DNA from: Brockia lithotrophica
Lineage (GTDB): Bacteria > Bacillota > Bacilli > Thermicanales > DSM-22653
Direction of reading: 5' to 3'
NCBI GenBank assembly: GCA_003050565.1
Contig: PEBW01000003.1
Location: forward strand, 87,347 to 151,346
Length of the DNA: 64,000 bases
Shown: one piece after another, positions 11,813-21,853 of the stretch
Numbering within the stretch: the stretch's first letter is position 1
How the letters are laid out: each line of letters begins with the position of its first letter
Made by a program: the position numbers and the translations under genes
The notes under the pieces: model-generated
Told to the model about the DNA's origin: nothing
Database searches by the model: none
The model's input: only the letters and a program-made list of their open reading frames with translations

Positions 11813-11846
11813 GAAAATCCCCCTTTCGCTCCCCTCGACCGCGCGC

Positions 11847-12479
11847 TCACCCCCCTCGAACCGCGTCTTCCGCCCCCTCCGCGGAGCGCTCCCGCCGGGA
11901 AAGCGAACGAAGGACGCGGCGGAGGATGGCGTTGGCGTCGGGCGGGTCTTCGCCCGCCTCGGCGATCGCCACCCGCACGCGGGGGTAGACCTCTTCCGGC
12001 CGAAAGCCGAGGGCGTACAGGGCCTCGAGCACCTCCCGAAAGGCCGCTTCTTCCGGAGCAGCCGCGGAAAGTTCGTCCCCCAGCTCCTTGCGCAGGCGGT
12101 CGCGCAGCTCGAGGATGAGGCGCGCGGCGAGCTTCTCCCCGATTCCCGGAATCCGCCGGAGGAGTTCCCGATCCTCCCTTACGATGGCCCAGGCGAGGTC
12201 CGAGGGGGCGAAAGCCGCCAACGCGGAAAGGGCGCTTCGGGGGCCGACGCCGCCAACGCCCAGGAGCAAGAGAAAGAGGCGTCGCTCTTCGGGAGTCGAA
12301 AAACCGTAGAGCTCCACGTCCCGTTCGCGAAAGACGAGGTGGGTGTACAGAAGCACCTCGTTCCCTCGGGGAAGACCCAAGGGGCGGGGAGTGCGCAGGC
12401 GAAAGCCTATACCCCCAACCTCGAGCACGACCCCCTCGGCGTCTTCTTCTACGAGTCGACCCCGGAGAAAGTCGATCAC
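11847..12479 (-). CDS. ruvA: Holliday junction DNA-binding protein RuvA
   Basis: MIDFLRGRL...GIGF N-terminus, HhH region [16 protein letters not shown] and [12 protein letters not shown]. Confidence 0.95.
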   Translation of the reverse strand: MIDFLRGRLVEEDAEGVVLEVGGIGFRLRTPRPLGLPRGNEVLLYTHLVFRERDVELYGFSTPEERRLFLLLLGVGGVGPRSALSALAAFAPSDLAWAIVREDRELLRRIPGIGEKLAARLILELRDRLRKELGDELSAAAPEEAAFREVLEALYALGFRPEEVYPRVRVAIAEAGEDPPDANAILRRVLRSLSRRERSAEGAEDAVRGG

Positions 12480-12979
12480 CGCCCCGTCCCCTCCACCGCG
12501 CGGAAGCGCGTCGCGAGGCGATGGGCGTGCGCGACGGCGACGGCGAGGGCGTCTGCGGCGTCGTCCGGTCGCGGAAGGGCGGTAAGGCCAAGGAGGCGCC
12601 GAACCATTTCCTGCACCTGCCCCTTAGGCGCGCGGCCGTATCCGGTGACCGCCGCCTTCACCTCTCCCGGTGCGTAGGCGTGCACGGGAATCCCGAATTC
12701 TGCAAGGGTGAGGAGCACGATGCCGCGGGCTTCCCCTACGGCCATGGCGCTCGTCGCGTTGCGGCCGAAGTAGAGGCGCTCTACGGCGGCTTCGTCCGGT
12801 GCGAGGTCTTCCACGAGCCGCCGCAAAGAGCGGTAGAGCTCGAGGAGGCGGGTCTCCGGCCGTTGGCCTCCGTCCGTGCTCAACACGCCGTAGGCGTGCG
12901 GCCGAAGCTTCCGCCCTTCCACGCGCACGGCGCCGTAACCCAGGAGTTCGAGGCCGGGATCGATGCCGAGGATGAGCAA
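12476..12979 (-). CDS. ruvC: crossover junction endodeoxyribonuclease RuvC
   Basis: LILGIDPGL...GYG, ERLYF and DAADALAVAVAHA motifs. TTG start 12979 after GGAAAGAAAGG. The remaining 630 aa of the 799-aa ORF are shadow sequence. Confidence 0.9.
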   Translation of the reverse strand: MLILGIDPGLELLGYGAVRVEGRKLRPHAYGVLSTDGGQRPETRLLELYRSLRRLVEDLAPDEAAVERLYFGRNATSAMAVGEARGIVLLTLAEFGIPVHAYAPGEVKAAVTGYGRAPKGQVQEMVRRLLGLTALPRPDDAADALAVAVAHAHRLATRFRAVEGTGR

Positions 12980-13311
12980 ACCCGCACGACCTTTCTTTCC
13001 GGAATTGTCCCCTCGCTCCGCACGCGGGGGCGTTCCCGTTTCGCTCCGGCGCGGGCCTCCGGGCAAGGCCCGTAGCTCCGACCGGGTGGACGTGACCGCG
13101 TCCGCAAGGCACGGAGGACGGCCCTTCTCCCCGCCGCACCGGCCGAGGGGGACGTGCTCCGTACCTCTCCTCGGAAAGACGCAACCGAACGCCGTGGCCC
13201 GCGCGCCTACGAAAAGTCGATCCGTCTGCCGAAATTGTACCAGAGATCGCACGTCGGTGCACCCTCCCCTGCGGCGTCTCCCCACCGCGGGTGCGGCCGC
13301 CGTCGGGAGGG

Positions 13312-14040
13312 TCAGCCGACATCCGCCCACTCGGCGTTGGCGTACACCTCCTGCACCTCGTCCTCTTCGTCCAAGGCTTCGAGGAGCGCGAGGACGCGCT
13401 CGGCCGTTTCGCCCTCCACGCGGACGGTGAGCGTCGGCACGTACGTGAGGCGCGACGCGCGAACTTCGATCCCTTCCGCCTCGAGGGCCCGACGTACCTC
13501 CTCGAGCGCATCCGGCTCCACGTAGAGGTGAACGGCCTCCTCGTCTTCCTCGACTTCCCACGCCCCGAGGTCGAGGGCGCGGAGGACCGCCTGCTCCGCG
13601 TGCGGCGAGCGGGGAATTTGAACGACACCCGTGTAGCGGAATAGGTAGGAAGCGCTTCCGCTCTCCCCGAGGCTCCCGCCGTGCTTGTGAAACAGGTGGC
13701 GCACGGTCTGGGCCGTACGGTTCCGGTTGTCCGTGAGGGCCTGCACGAGCACGGCCACCCCCCCGGGGGCGTACCCCTCGTAGAGGATCTCCTCGTAGCG
13801 CGCACCTTCTACGTCCCCTAAGGCCTTCTTGATCGTGCGCTCGATCGTATCCGCCGGCATGTTGATCTCCCGGGCACGTTCTATCGCGGCGCGCAACGCG
13901 AGGTTCTGCTTGGGATCCGATCCCCCGTTTCGCACCGCCACGTAAATCTGCCGCGAGACCTTGGCAAATTCCCGCCCGCGGACGGCGTCGACGGCCGCCT
14001 TGCGCCGTTTGATGTTGTGCCACTTCGAGTGACCGGCCAT
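13312..14040 (-). CDS. yebC: YebC/PmpR family DNA-binding transcriptional regulator
   Basis: MAGHSKWHNIKRRKAAVDAVRG N-terminus is diagnostic. Confidence 0.95.
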   Translation of the reverse strand: MAGHSKWHNIKRRKAAVDAVRGREFAKVSRQIYVAVRNGGSDPKQNLALRAAIERAREINMPADTIERTIKKALGDVEGARYEEILYEGYAPGGVAVLVQALTDNRNRTAQTVRHLFHKHGGSLGESGSASYLFRYTGVVQIPRSPHAEQAVLRALDLGAWEVEEDEEAVHLYVEPDALEEVRRALEAEGIEVRASRLTYVPTLTVRVEGETAERVLALLEALDEEDEVQEVYANAEWADVG

Positions 14041-14147
14041 ACGAGCTCCCTCCGTTCTTCGTCGCGCGGACATAGAGTTGGCTTTTGCCCGCACCCACGT
14101 CGCGTGCGGAGACCTCGAGGACGAAGGCCCTTTCCGCCGGTGGACAC

Positions 14148-14180
14148 AAAAATGCCCCGGAGGCGCATCCGTCCGGGGCA
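14148..14180 (-). terminator. rho-independent terminator after nadE
   Basis: Minus strand reads TGCCCCGGA, 10-nt loop, TCCGGGGCA, then TTTTTG. Confidence 0.75.
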
Positions 14181-14193
14181 CCGACAGACCGGA

Positions 14194-14946
14194 TCAGAGG
14201 GACGGCGGAAGCTCCCGCTTGTGCTCGGAGGCGCGGTGCAGCGCCTCGATGCGCTCCCGCACACCCGGAGGAGCTTCCCCCGTGAGGAGGTAGCGGTCGA
14301 GCTCCGCATACGTGAGCCCGAGTTCGCCCTCGTCCGTTTGCCCCGGCCAAAGGTCGGCACTCGGAGGCTTCTGGAGGATGTCGGGCGGGATCCCGAGGTG
14401 CTCCGCGAGCACGCGTACCTCGCTCTTCGTGAGCGACGCGATGGGGAAAAAGTCGGCCACGGCATCCCCCCCCTTGGTGGAGTACCCGACGTACAGCTCG
14501 CTCCGGTTCGACGTCCCTGCGACGAGACATCCGTGGGCATTGGCGTAGGCGTAGAGCGCCGCCATGCGCAGGCGCGCCTTGAGGTTTCCCGCCGAGCGCT
14601 CGTCCCACGTCAAGACCGGCTCGCACGCCGAACGAAAGGCGGCAAAGGCGGGCCCGAGGTCGACCTCGCGCACGTTCAAATCCAGCGCCTCGGCCACGAG
14701 GCGCGCGTGGGCGAGGGACTCGGGAGGGCTCTCTATGGGAAGTACGAGACACGCGAGGCGCTCCTTGCCTACGGCTTGGCGAACGAGGGCGGCGACCACG
14801 GCGCTGTCCAAACCTCCGGACAGGCCGAGGACGACCCCGCGCGCCCCGCTCTTGTCCACGAGTTCGCGAATCCACTCGACGCGCCGCGCCGCATCCTCGG
14901 CGACACGGGCGCGGTAGGCTTCGAGATACCGCTCGCGTTCCTCCAC
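14194..14946 (-). CDS. nadE: ammonia-dependent NAD+ synthetase
   Basis: VVLGLSGGLDSAVVAAL (SGGxDS PP-loop), GTSNRSELYVGYSTKGGD. GTG 14946 chosen as start; a GTG a few codons upstream is also possible. Confidence 0.9.
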   Translation of the reverse strand: MEERERYLEAYRARVAEDAARRVEWIRELVDKSGARGVVLGLSGGLDSAVVAALVRQAVGKERLACLVLPIESPPESLAHARLVAEALDLNVREVDLGPAFAAFRSACEPVLTWDERSAGNLKARLRMAALYAYANAHGCLVAGTSNRSELYVGYSTKGGDAVADFFPIASLTKSEVRVLAEHLGIPPDILQKPPSADLWPGQTDEGELGLTYAELDRYLLTGEAPPGVRERIEALHRASEHKRELPPSL

Positions 14947-15198
14947 GTTTTCACCCCGGATCGGACCATTCCGGTCCCCTCTTCGCACCTCATTCCTCAC
15001 TATAGCAGACGCGCCCCGAAAGAGGCAAAGCGGGCTCCTCGGGGACGGCCCGGTCCGCTTCGCCGGGGATCCGCCGAAAGTTCCCGCAGGGCGGGACGCG
15101 CATGACCGAGGAACGCCGCCGACGAAACGGGGCGGGTTGCCCGGAAAACCCGCCCCGCCCGGCACTCCCGCAGCCGAAGACGGCCGACCGCTTTTCGC

Positions 15199-16080
15199 TT
15201 ACGCCTCCTCAACGTCCCCTCCCCAGAGCATCTTGGGAAACGCCTCGTCCTCTTCCCCTTCCCCCGCCCCTCCTTGCGCGACAACCTCGTCAAACGCAGG
15301 TCCGGCGAAGACGGTCGAAGTGCGGGCGATCCCCTCCCAAAAGGCGCGCGCTCCGGCCTCGGGCGGACGCCAGGACGGGATCCCGACGGAGGGAGGGGAA
15401 ACGGAGCCGGCCGCAGGGCTTCCTCCGGGGAAAGAGCCGGGCACGTACTCCGTAGGCGTAGGCCACGTCGTCGGCGGCCGGAAGCCCACCCCACCCCCGG
15501 GAACCGGGGGCCAGCCCGGCGGAAGGAATCCCGGAAAGTGCGCGGGGACGCACCAAAGTCCCGGGGCGTGCCATCCCCCGGCCAGGGGGGCGAATCCGGG
15601 AAAACCCGCTCCCATCCCGTAGGTGCCGCCTCCCACGGGCACGTACGCCGAACCCGCGAGCGACCGTGCGGCGGCCTCACTCCCTTCCGCCACCCCCGCC
15701 CGCGCGGCGGCGCCCGCCTCTCCAAGAGCGGCGGAAGGCGCAGACGGCTCCGGCCCGCCAACTTGTGCGGGGTGCTCGCTCGGTCCCGACAGGGAAGCTG
15801 CGCCGTCTTTGGACGTAGGGGCTTCTCCGGAGTCCTCCTCCCCCGCGTCCGAGAAAGCTCGGGCGGAACTCCCCTCCGCAGGTGCGAGGTCTTTGCCCTC
15901 CGCAGCCGAACGAAGCGGAGGAACCTTGAGCTTCATCCCCGGGTGCAGATCCGCTTCCGCGACGCCGTTGTACGCGCGAATTTCCTCGGGAGTGGTGCCG
16001 TAGCGCTCGGCGATGGCCGCCCAAGACTCATCCGGCTGGACGATGTGAATCCGCACAGAAGCACCCTCCTTCGTCCGCAT
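15199..16080 (-). CDS. LysM-domain protein with low-complexity Pro/Gly/aromatic tail (SafA-like spore coat protein candidate)
   Basis: The N-terminal VRIHIVQPDESWAAIAERYGTTPEEIRAYNG...LHPGMKLKVP is a LysM domain. The rest is low complexity. Position near yebC matches safA in B. subtilis. Confidence 0.7.
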   Translation of the reverse strand: MRTKEGASVRIHIVQPDESWAAIAERYGTTPEEIRAYNGVAEADLHPGMKLKVPPLRSAAEGKDLAPAEGSSARAFSDAGEEDSGEAPTSKDGAASLSGPSEHPAQVGGPEPSAPSAALGEAGAAARAGVAEGSEAAARSLAGSAYVPVGGGTYGMGAGFPGFAPLAGGWHAPGLWCVPAHFPGFLPPGWPPVPGGGVGFRPPTTWPTPTEYVPGSFPGGSPAAGSVSPPSVGIPSWRPPEAGARAFWEGIARTSTVFAGPAFDEVVAQGGAGEGEEDEAFPKMLWGGDVEEA

Positions 16081-16159
16081 TTCGGACTCGGCGTCCGACC
16101 CCCCTCACCGCCCTATCTATGCACGTACGGAGAAAACGTGGCGAAAAATGGGCGGCGCA

Positions 16160-17026
16160 TCAGTCGTCGTCCACTTCGTAGACCGGGTAGCTCCCGAGGA
16201 AACGGACTTCGTGGCCGAGGGCGCGAAGCTCCTCCATCGCCGCGGGAATGAGCACGTCGTCGAGGCCGCGGTCGATGTCGATGTAGAAGACGTACGAGCC
16301 CAACCGCCGCTTCGTCGGACGCGACTCGATCCGGCTCAGGTTGATCGCCCGCCAGCTGAAGCAGTGGAGGACCTGGCTGAGCGCCCCGGGGAAGTCGCGC
16401 CCCAGGGTGACGAGGAGCGTCGTCTTCTTCCGCTCGGATGGGGGGAGGCCCGCCGGCGGCGTGTGGCCGACGAGGAGGAAGCGCGTCGCGTTGTTCGGGC
16501 TGTCTTGGACGTCGCGGATGCGCTCCACGAGGCCGTAGCGCTCCGCCCCGCGCCGGTGCCCCAGGGCCGCCCAGGGACGATCGGGGTGTTCGGCGACGAG
16601 GCGCAGGGCTTCGCTCGTGGAAAGCGTCGGCTCCACCTGAGCGTGGGGAAACGTGCGGCGAAGGAAGCGAAAGGACTGGGCAATCGCCTGCCCGTGGGAG
16701 TAGATCCTTTCGATCTGGGGGAAGGGCGTTTCCCGCTGCGGCGGTGCGACGTAGAGGCCGTGGGCGATGGGAAGGACGAACTCGGCAAAGATCATGAGGC
16801 GTACCTCGTGGATGAGCCAGTCCATCGCCAGGTTCACGGAGCCCTCGATGGCATTCTCGATGGGGATGATCGCAAAGGCCGTGTGCCCGAGGTCGGCAGC
16901 CTCGAGGACGTCGGGGATCGTCGGGTAATCTACAAGCGTCTTGTCCGGCAGAGGCACCTTGAGGGCAGCCGCCTCGGAAAACGACCCCGGCGGACCGAGA
17001 TAGGCGATCGTCGGCACGGACTCCAC
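16160..17026 (-). CDS. pheA: prephenate dehydratase
   Basis: IAYLGPPGSFSE, IPIENAIEGSV, NATRFL and the C-terminal ACT domain with the ESRP motif (LSRIESRPTK). GTG start at 17026 or 17017. Confidence 0.92.
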   Translation of the reverse strand: MESVPTIAYLGPPGSFSEAAALKVPLPDKTLVDYPTIPDVLEAADLGHTAFAIIPIENAIEGSVNLAMDWLIHEVRLMIFAEFVLPIAHGLYVAPPQRETPFPQIERIYSHGQAIAQSFRFLRRTFPHAQVEPTLSTSEALRLVAEHPDRPWAALGHRRGAERYGLVERIRDVQDSPNNATRFLLVGHTPPAGLPPSERKKTTLLVTLGRDFPGALSQVLHCFSWRAINLSRIESRPTKRRLGSYVFYIDIDRGLDDVLIPAAMEELRALGHEVRFLGSYPVYEVDDD

Positions 17027-17064
17027 CTCATCGGTATTGCACGATGTGCGTGTTCTCGCATCTT

Positions 17065-18072
17065 CTAGCGCGAAAATCCCCGCGGCGTCCGCGCGAGGAC
17101 GACGGCGCCCTCCTCGACGAGGGCGAGGGGTTCGGGCACGAAGGCGTGGGCGAGCGGGTGTTCGGAAAAGCGGCGGCGGAAATCCTCCCGCGCCTCCGGC
17201 GTGGCAAAAACGGCCATGATCGTCGGCCCCGCTCCGCTCAAGTAGCACCCAAGGCACCCGTGGGGGCGCGCGGAAGCGCAGAGGGCGTACAGTTCCTCGG
17301 CGCCGGGAATGTGGGGCAGGCGATACGGCTCGTGCAGGCCGTCGCCGAAGGCCGCCGGGAGCTTTTCCAGTTCGCCCGCCGCCAAGGCGGCGACGAGGAG
17401 GGCGGCCCGTCCGGCGGCGGCAACGGCCGTCTCGCGGGCGTACGCATCGGGGAGGAGGCGGCGGGAAGCGGACGTGCGGAGCTCGACCTCCGGGACGAAG
17501 GCGAGGAGCGCGGGCACGCGCGGAAGGCGCAGGCGCACGGCGGACACTTCCTCCCCCTCCGCCCGGGCCACCACGAGGCCGCCCAAGAGGGCGGGGGCCA
17601 CGTTGTCGGGATGGCCCTCGAGGCGGGTGGCGAGGGAGAGGAGTTCCCCGACGGACAACTTCCCTTCGAGGAGAACGTTTGCCGCCACGAGCCCGGCCAC
17701 GATCACCGCGGCGCTCGATCCCAGCCCCTTCCCCAAGGGAATCTCGCTTTGGAGGCGCACGGCGAGATCGGGTGCCGCACGCCCCGCGCGGGCGAAGGCT
17801 TCTTCCACCGCGCGGAAAAAGAGGGACGCCCCTTCCGCCCGGGCGTCGGAGGGGACCTCGCCCACGACTTCGAAGCGCGAAGGAGGCCCCCCTCTCGCCT
17901 CGGTCTCGCGAGCCGGCCGTACTTCGGCGTACAGGTAGCGGTCTACCGCCCAGCCGACGGCATCAAAACCGGAACCGAGGTTGGCAGAGGTCGCGGGTAC
18001 GCGGACGACGACCGCGGGCGCCTCTGGGCCTCCGTCCGCAGCGAACATCTCGTGCGTGGCCTCCGCTTCCAC
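17065..18072 (-). CDS. thrB: homoserine kinase
   Basis: PATSANLGSGFD and GKGLGSSAA (GHMP kinase motif). Confidence 0.92.
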   Translation of the reverse strand: MEAEATHEMFAADGGPEAPAVVVRVPATSANLGSGFDAVGWAVDRYLYAEVRPARETEARGGPPSRFEVVGEVPSDARAEGASLFFRAVEEAFARAGRAAPDLAVRLQSEIPLGKGLGSSAAVIVAGLVAANVLLEGKLSVGELLSLATRLEGHPDNVAPALLGGLVVARAEGEEVSAVRLRLPRVPALLAFVPEVELRTSASRRLLPDAYARETAVAAAGRAALLVAALAAGELEKLPAAFGDGLHEPYRLPHIPGAEELYALCASARPHGCLGCYLSGAGPTIMAVFATPEAREDFRRRFSEHPLAHAFVPEPLALVEEGAVVLARTPRGFSR

Positions 18073-18153
18073 CGCGCTCCCCCTTCTCTCGTGTCTAAAA
18101 ATAAGTGAAACAAATGGTCTCGGTCCGCCCCAAGCCCTCGTGCGCCAAACGCC

Positions 18154-19206
18154 TCAAGGAACGAGGGCGCGGGCGACGGCCCGAACGACGGATTCTTCGT
18201 CCGCGGGGAGGGTGATGCGCTCCGGGACGTGCGCCGAAAGCGCCGTGTCGGGGTCCTTGAGGCCGTTTCCCGTGAGCACGGCGACGACGCGGACGCCCTG
18301 AGGGAGCCACCCGTCCCGCCGGGCGGCAAAGAGGCCGGCAATCGCCGCCGCGGAGGCGGGTTCGACGAAAACCCCCTCTTCCCGGGCGAGGGCGCGGTAG
18401 GCGTCGAGGATCTCCGCATCGGACACGGCGAGGATCCGTCCCCCCGACTCGTCGCGGGCGCGGACCGCCTTGTCCCAACTCGCCGGATTCCCGATGCGGA
18501 TGGCCGTCGCCACCGTCTCCGGCCGCTCTACGGGCGCCCCACGGACGATCGGCGCCGCACCCTCCGCCTGCACGCCGAGGAGCGTGGGCCGCCGCCGTGC
18601 CTTCGGGTACTGGGTAAAGCCCATCCAGTAGGCGGAGATGTTGCCGGCGTTGCCCACCGGCAGAGCCAGGACGTCCGGGGCATCCCCCAGGGCGTCGACG
18701 ATCTCAAAAGCCGCCGTCTTTTGGCCCTCCAGACGGTACGGGTTCACGGAGTTCACGAGGGCGATGGACTCCCGCTCGGCGACGCGCCGGACGATGTGAA
18801 GTCCCGCGTCGAAATTCCCCTCGATCTCGAGGATCGCCGCGCCGAAGGCGAGGGCTTGGACGAGCTTGCCCAAGGCTACGTACCCTTTGGGGACGACGAC
18901 GAACGACCGAAGTCCCGCCCGCGCGGCGTATGCGGCCGCAGAAGCCGCGGTGTTGCCCGTGGAGGCGCAGATCACGGCGCGCTTCCCCTCCTCGAGGGCC
19001 TTGGCCACGGCGACGACCATCCCGCGGTCTTTGAAGGAGCCCGTGGGGTTGAGCCCCTCGAGCTTCGCGTACAGCTCTACGCCGAGGCGGGCACCCAGGC
19101 GCGGCAGGGCAACGAGGGGGGTGTTCCCCTCCCCCAAAGAGAGGTGCGGCGTGCGCTCCGTGAGGGGGAGGTAGTCCCCGTAGGCGTCGAGAATACCCGT
19201 CCACAT
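18154..19206 (-). CDS. thrC: threonine synthase
   Basis: [20 protein letters not shown] (PLP lysine), [12 protein letters not shown] at 19206; the upstream 226 aa of the ORF are shadow sequence. Confidence 0.95.
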   Translation of the reverse strand: MWTGILDAYGDYLPLTERTPHLSLGEGNTPLVALPRLGARLGVELYAKLEGLNPTGSFKDRGMVVAVAKALEEGKRAVICASTGNTAASAAAYAARAGLRSFVVVPKGYVALGKLVQALAFGAAILEIEGNFDAGLHIVRRVAERESIALVNSVNPYRLEGQKTAAFEIVDALGDAPDVLALPVGNAGNISAYWMGFTQYPKARRRPTLLGVQAEGAAPIVRGAPVERPETVATAIRIGNPASWDKAVRARDESGGRILAVSDAEILDAYRALAREEGVFVEPASAAAIAGLFAARRDGWLPQGVRVVAVLTGNGLKDPDTALSAHVPERITLPADEESVVRAVARALVP

Positions 19207-19265
19207 CGTGCGACTGCTCCTTTCGCTCGAATTGCCACGACCCTCGAGGGGAAAGGCCGGGCGGC

Positions 19266-19757
19266 CTAGCCGAGACCCGCCGGGCTCGAACCGCGGCCGA
19301 CGACGGCCGCATCGAGCACGCCCTCCAGCTCGCCGAGGCGGTGGAGAAGGGAGTCTTCTTCGACCTCGCGGAGGTCGACCGTGAGAAAGACTGCCGCCGC
19401 ACCTTGGAGGGGGAGGCTCTGGCTGATCGTGAGGATGTTTCCGCCGAGTCGGGCGATCTCCCCGAGGACGGAGGAGAGCACCCCGGGACGGTGGCGCAAC
19501 CGGAGCGAGAGAACGACGAGCCGCGGACCGACAAAGTCGTCGAACGGGTAGATGCCGTCGCGGTACTTGTAAAAGGCGCTTCGGCTGATCCCCACGGCTC
19601 GCACGGCGTCGTGGACGGACGGAGAAAGCCCGAGTTCCACGCGTTCGCGGGCGAGGGCGGCCCGGCGCATCGTCTCCGGCAAGAGGTCCTCGCGCACGAG
19701 GTAGTACCGCCGCCCGGGTCGCCGCGAACTTCCACCCGCGGGCGTTCCGATGTCCAC
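19266..19757 (-). CDS. ACT-domain protein of the UPF0735/PheB family
   Basis: [13 protein letters not shown]...[19 protein letters not shown]-terminal HTH-like segment followed by an ACT domain, as in B. subtilis PheB. GTG 19757 lies 6 nt after GGAGGGG. Confidence 0.75.
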   Translation of the reverse strand: MDIGTPAGGSSRRPGRRYYLVREDLLPETMRRAALARERVELGLSPSVHDAVRAVGISRSAFYKYRDGIYPFDDFVGPRLVVLSLRLRHRPGVLSSVLGEIARLGGNILTISQSLPLQGAAAVFLTVDLREVEEDSLLHRLGELEGVLDAAVVGRGSSPAGLG

Positions 19758-19799
19758 CTGCGTCCCCTCCGAACGGACACGTGTTTTTTGCACGGAGAC

Positions 19800-19829
19800 A
19801 GTATACCGCGCTCAGGTGGGGGCGCGCAA
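19800..19829 (-). promoter_or_regulatory. candidate sigma-A promoter of pheB-thrC-thrB-pheA
   Basis: Minus strand reads TTGCGC (19829-19824), 18 nt, TATACT (19805-19800). Confidence 0.5.
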
Positions 19830-19928
19830 GAAAGCAGGCGCCTCCGTCTCGGACGGGCACCAAGCCCGGCGGAGGCGCATACACCGAGGGTACAGCTGGG
19901 CTTTTGCCCGGACGAAGGAGGGATTCGC

Positions 19929-21017
19929 GTGCCCCGCCCCTTTGCCCTTCTCCGTCGACGGATTGCCTTGATCCCCCTCGTCGCCCTCGTCCTCCTAGGC
20001 TCCGCCTGCGCGGCAGGAGCGCCGTCCGACACCGCCACCCCGCCCGCGGGAGGTCCCTCCGCGAGTTCGTCGGAAGTCTCGCCTCCTTCCGGCGAACGTA
20101 CGAAGATCCGCCTGCACGAGGTCACCCACTCCCCGTTTTACGCCCCGCAGTACGTCGCCCTCGCCCTCGGCTACTTCACCGACGAAGGCCTCGACGTCGA
20201 ACTCGTCGACGGCAAAGGGGGCGATAAGGTGACAACGGCACTTTTGAGCGGCAATGCCGACGTCATCCTCGTAGGCGCGGAAATGGCGGTGTACGTGAAC
20301 GCCCAAACCCCCCAAGATCCAATGGTCGTCTTCGCCCGCCTCACGAAGCGCGACGGGAGCTTCCTCGTCTCCCGCACGCCCATGGAACCCTTTCGCTGGG
20401 AAGACCTTCGGGGAAAGAAATTCCTCGCCCAACGGAAAGGCGGCATGCCGGACATGATCGCCCGCCACGTCCTGCGGAAGCACGGCCTCGAGCCGGGACG
20501 CGACCTCGAGTTCCTCCAGCACGTGGACTACGCGAACCTCGCGCCGGCCTTCGCCTCGGGGACCGGAGACGTGGTGCAGCTCTTCGAGCCCTTCGCCTCG
20601 ACGCTCGCCCGGGGAGGAAAGGGGTACGTCGTCGCCGGCTTCGGGCCGGAGTCGGGCGACGTCCTGTACACGTCCTACCACGCGCGCAAGAGCACCCTCG
20701 AAGCCAGGCGCGACGTCCTGATCCGTTTCGCGCGCGCCGTGGCCCGCGGCCAGGCCTACGTCCGCACGCACGGACCCGAAGAAGTCGCCCGCGTGCTCCG
20801 CGACGCCTTCCCGGGAGTAGACGAACCCACGCTCGCGGAAATCGTGCGCCGCCTCCAAGAAACGGACGTGTTCGGCGCCGATCCCCTTCCGCCGCGGGAG
20901 GACTACGAACGCACGCTCGACATCCTGGCGGAAAACGGAATGCTCACGGCGCGGCTTCCTTACGAGGCGGTCGTCGATCCTTCGATCGCCGAAGCGGCAA
21001 TGCGGAGCCTGCGCTGA
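19929..21017 (+). CDS. ABC transporter substrate-binding lipoprotein, NMT1/THI5-like (NitT/TauT family)
   Basis: GTG 19929 lies 6 nt after GGAGGG. Signal peptide with lipobox (LLGSAC). [26 protein letters not shown] is typical of NMT1-like binding proteins. Confidence 0.85.
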   Translation: MPRPFALLRRRIALIPLVALVLLGSACAAGAPSDTATPPAGGPSASSSEVSPPSGERTKIRLHEVTHSPFYAPQYVALALGYFTDEGLDVELVDGKGGDKVTTALLSGNADVILVGAEMAVYVNAQTPQDPMVVFARLTKRDGSFLVSRTPMEPFRWEDLRGKKFLAQRKGGMPDMIARHVLRKHGLEPGRDLEFLQHVDYANLAPAFASGTGDVVQLFEPFASTLARGGKGYVVAGFGPESGDVLYTSYHARKSTLEARRDVLIRFARAVARGQAYVRTHGPEEVARVLRDAFPGVDEPTLAEIVRRLQETDVFGADPLPPREDYERTLDILAENGMLTARLPYEAVVDPSIAEAAMRSLR

Positions 21018-21037
21018 ACCGAAGGAGGTCGCCGCCC

Positions 21038-21820
21038 ATGCCCGCGCGTGCGGCTATCGAGGTGGACAGCCTCACCCTAGCCTTTATTTCCCGGGAAAAG
21101 GCGACTCTCGTCCTCCAGGACGTGAGCTTTTCCGCGCCCGAAGGGTGCTTCGTCGCCCTCCTCGGCCCCTCCGGCTGTGGGAAGAGCACGCTCCTCCACA
21201 CGATCGCCGGACTCCTCACGCCTACGCGGGGAGAGGTCCGCCTCTTCGGAAAGCCCGTTCGCGGGCCCTCCCCCGCCGTGGGGATCATGTTCCAGCAGGA
21301 CTACCTCCTCCCCTGGCGGACGGTGGCAGGCAACGTGCAGCTCGCGTGGGAGCTGCGGCGCGAACGGCCGAAGCCGGAGCGCCTGTACGCCCTCCTCGAA
21401 GAAGTCGACCTGCGGGACGCCGCCCACCGCTACCCCCAGGAGCTCTCGGGGGGAATGCGCCAGCGCGCTGCGCTCGTGCGCACGCTTGTCACCGACCCCG
21501 CCGTCCTCCTCCTCGACGAACCCTTTTCCGCCCTCGACTACACCACGCGCCTACGCCTGGGAGAACTCGTCCACACGGTCCTCCGCCGCCACCGGAAGAC
21601 GGCCCTCTTCGTCACCCACGACATCCCCGAGGCGATCTCCCTCGCCGATCGCATCCTCCTCATGGGACGAAACCCCGGACGCATCGTGGCCACCTTTGTT
21701 CCCCCGCCGGAGCTCGCGCAAAAACCTCCGCTCGCCCGCCGCACGGACCCCGCCTTTCCCCGCCTCTTCGAACGCATCTGGGAGGAGATGAGGCGCGTAG
21801 AAGACGAACGCCCGGCGTGA
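21038..21820 (+). CDS. ABC transporter ATP-binding protein (NitT/TauT family)
   Basis: LLGPSGCGKSTLL Walker A, LSGGMRQRAAL signature, LLLDEPFSALD Walker B. Confidence 0.93.
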   Translation: MPARAAIEVDSLTLAFISREKATLVLQDVSFSAPEGCFVALLGPSGCGKSTLLHTIAGLLTPTRGEVRLFGKPVRGPSPAVGIMFQQDYLLPWRTVAGNVQLAWELRRERPKPERLYALLEEVDLRDAAHRYPQELSGGMRQRAALVRTLVTDPAVLLLDEPFSALDYTTRLRLGELVHTVLRRHRKTALFVTHDIPEAISLADRILLMGRNPGRIVATFVPPPELAQKPPLARRTDPAFPRLFERIWEEMRRVEDERPA

Positions 21821-21853
21821 GCCTCCCGCACCCAAAACGAGGAGGGAAGCGGT

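Noticed and set aside
12476-14875. 799-aa minus-strand ORF spanning ruvC, the intergenic region, yebC and part of nadE
   Set aside because: Only the last 167 codons (12476-12979) encode RuvC. The rest is Arg/Gly/Pro-rich sequence in a frame that overlaps the well-supported yebC and nadE genes. This is a stop-poor shadow frame typical of high-GC DNA.
15199-15800. Repetitive-looking DNA in the 3' half of the LysM gene (possible tandem repeat or CRISPR-like array)
   Set aside because: It is low-complexity Pro/Gly/Ala coding sequence with no regular repeat-spacer periodicity. It is in frame with the LysM domain.
19830-19928. Possible TPP (THI-box) riboswitch upstream of the NMT1/THI5-like (ThiY-like) ABC transporter
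   Set aside because: No CUGAGA / ACCUGAUCUGGAUAAUGCCAGCG-type core is present. Only a 9-bp hairpin (GCGCCTCCG...CGGAGGCGC) is seen, which is not diagnostic.
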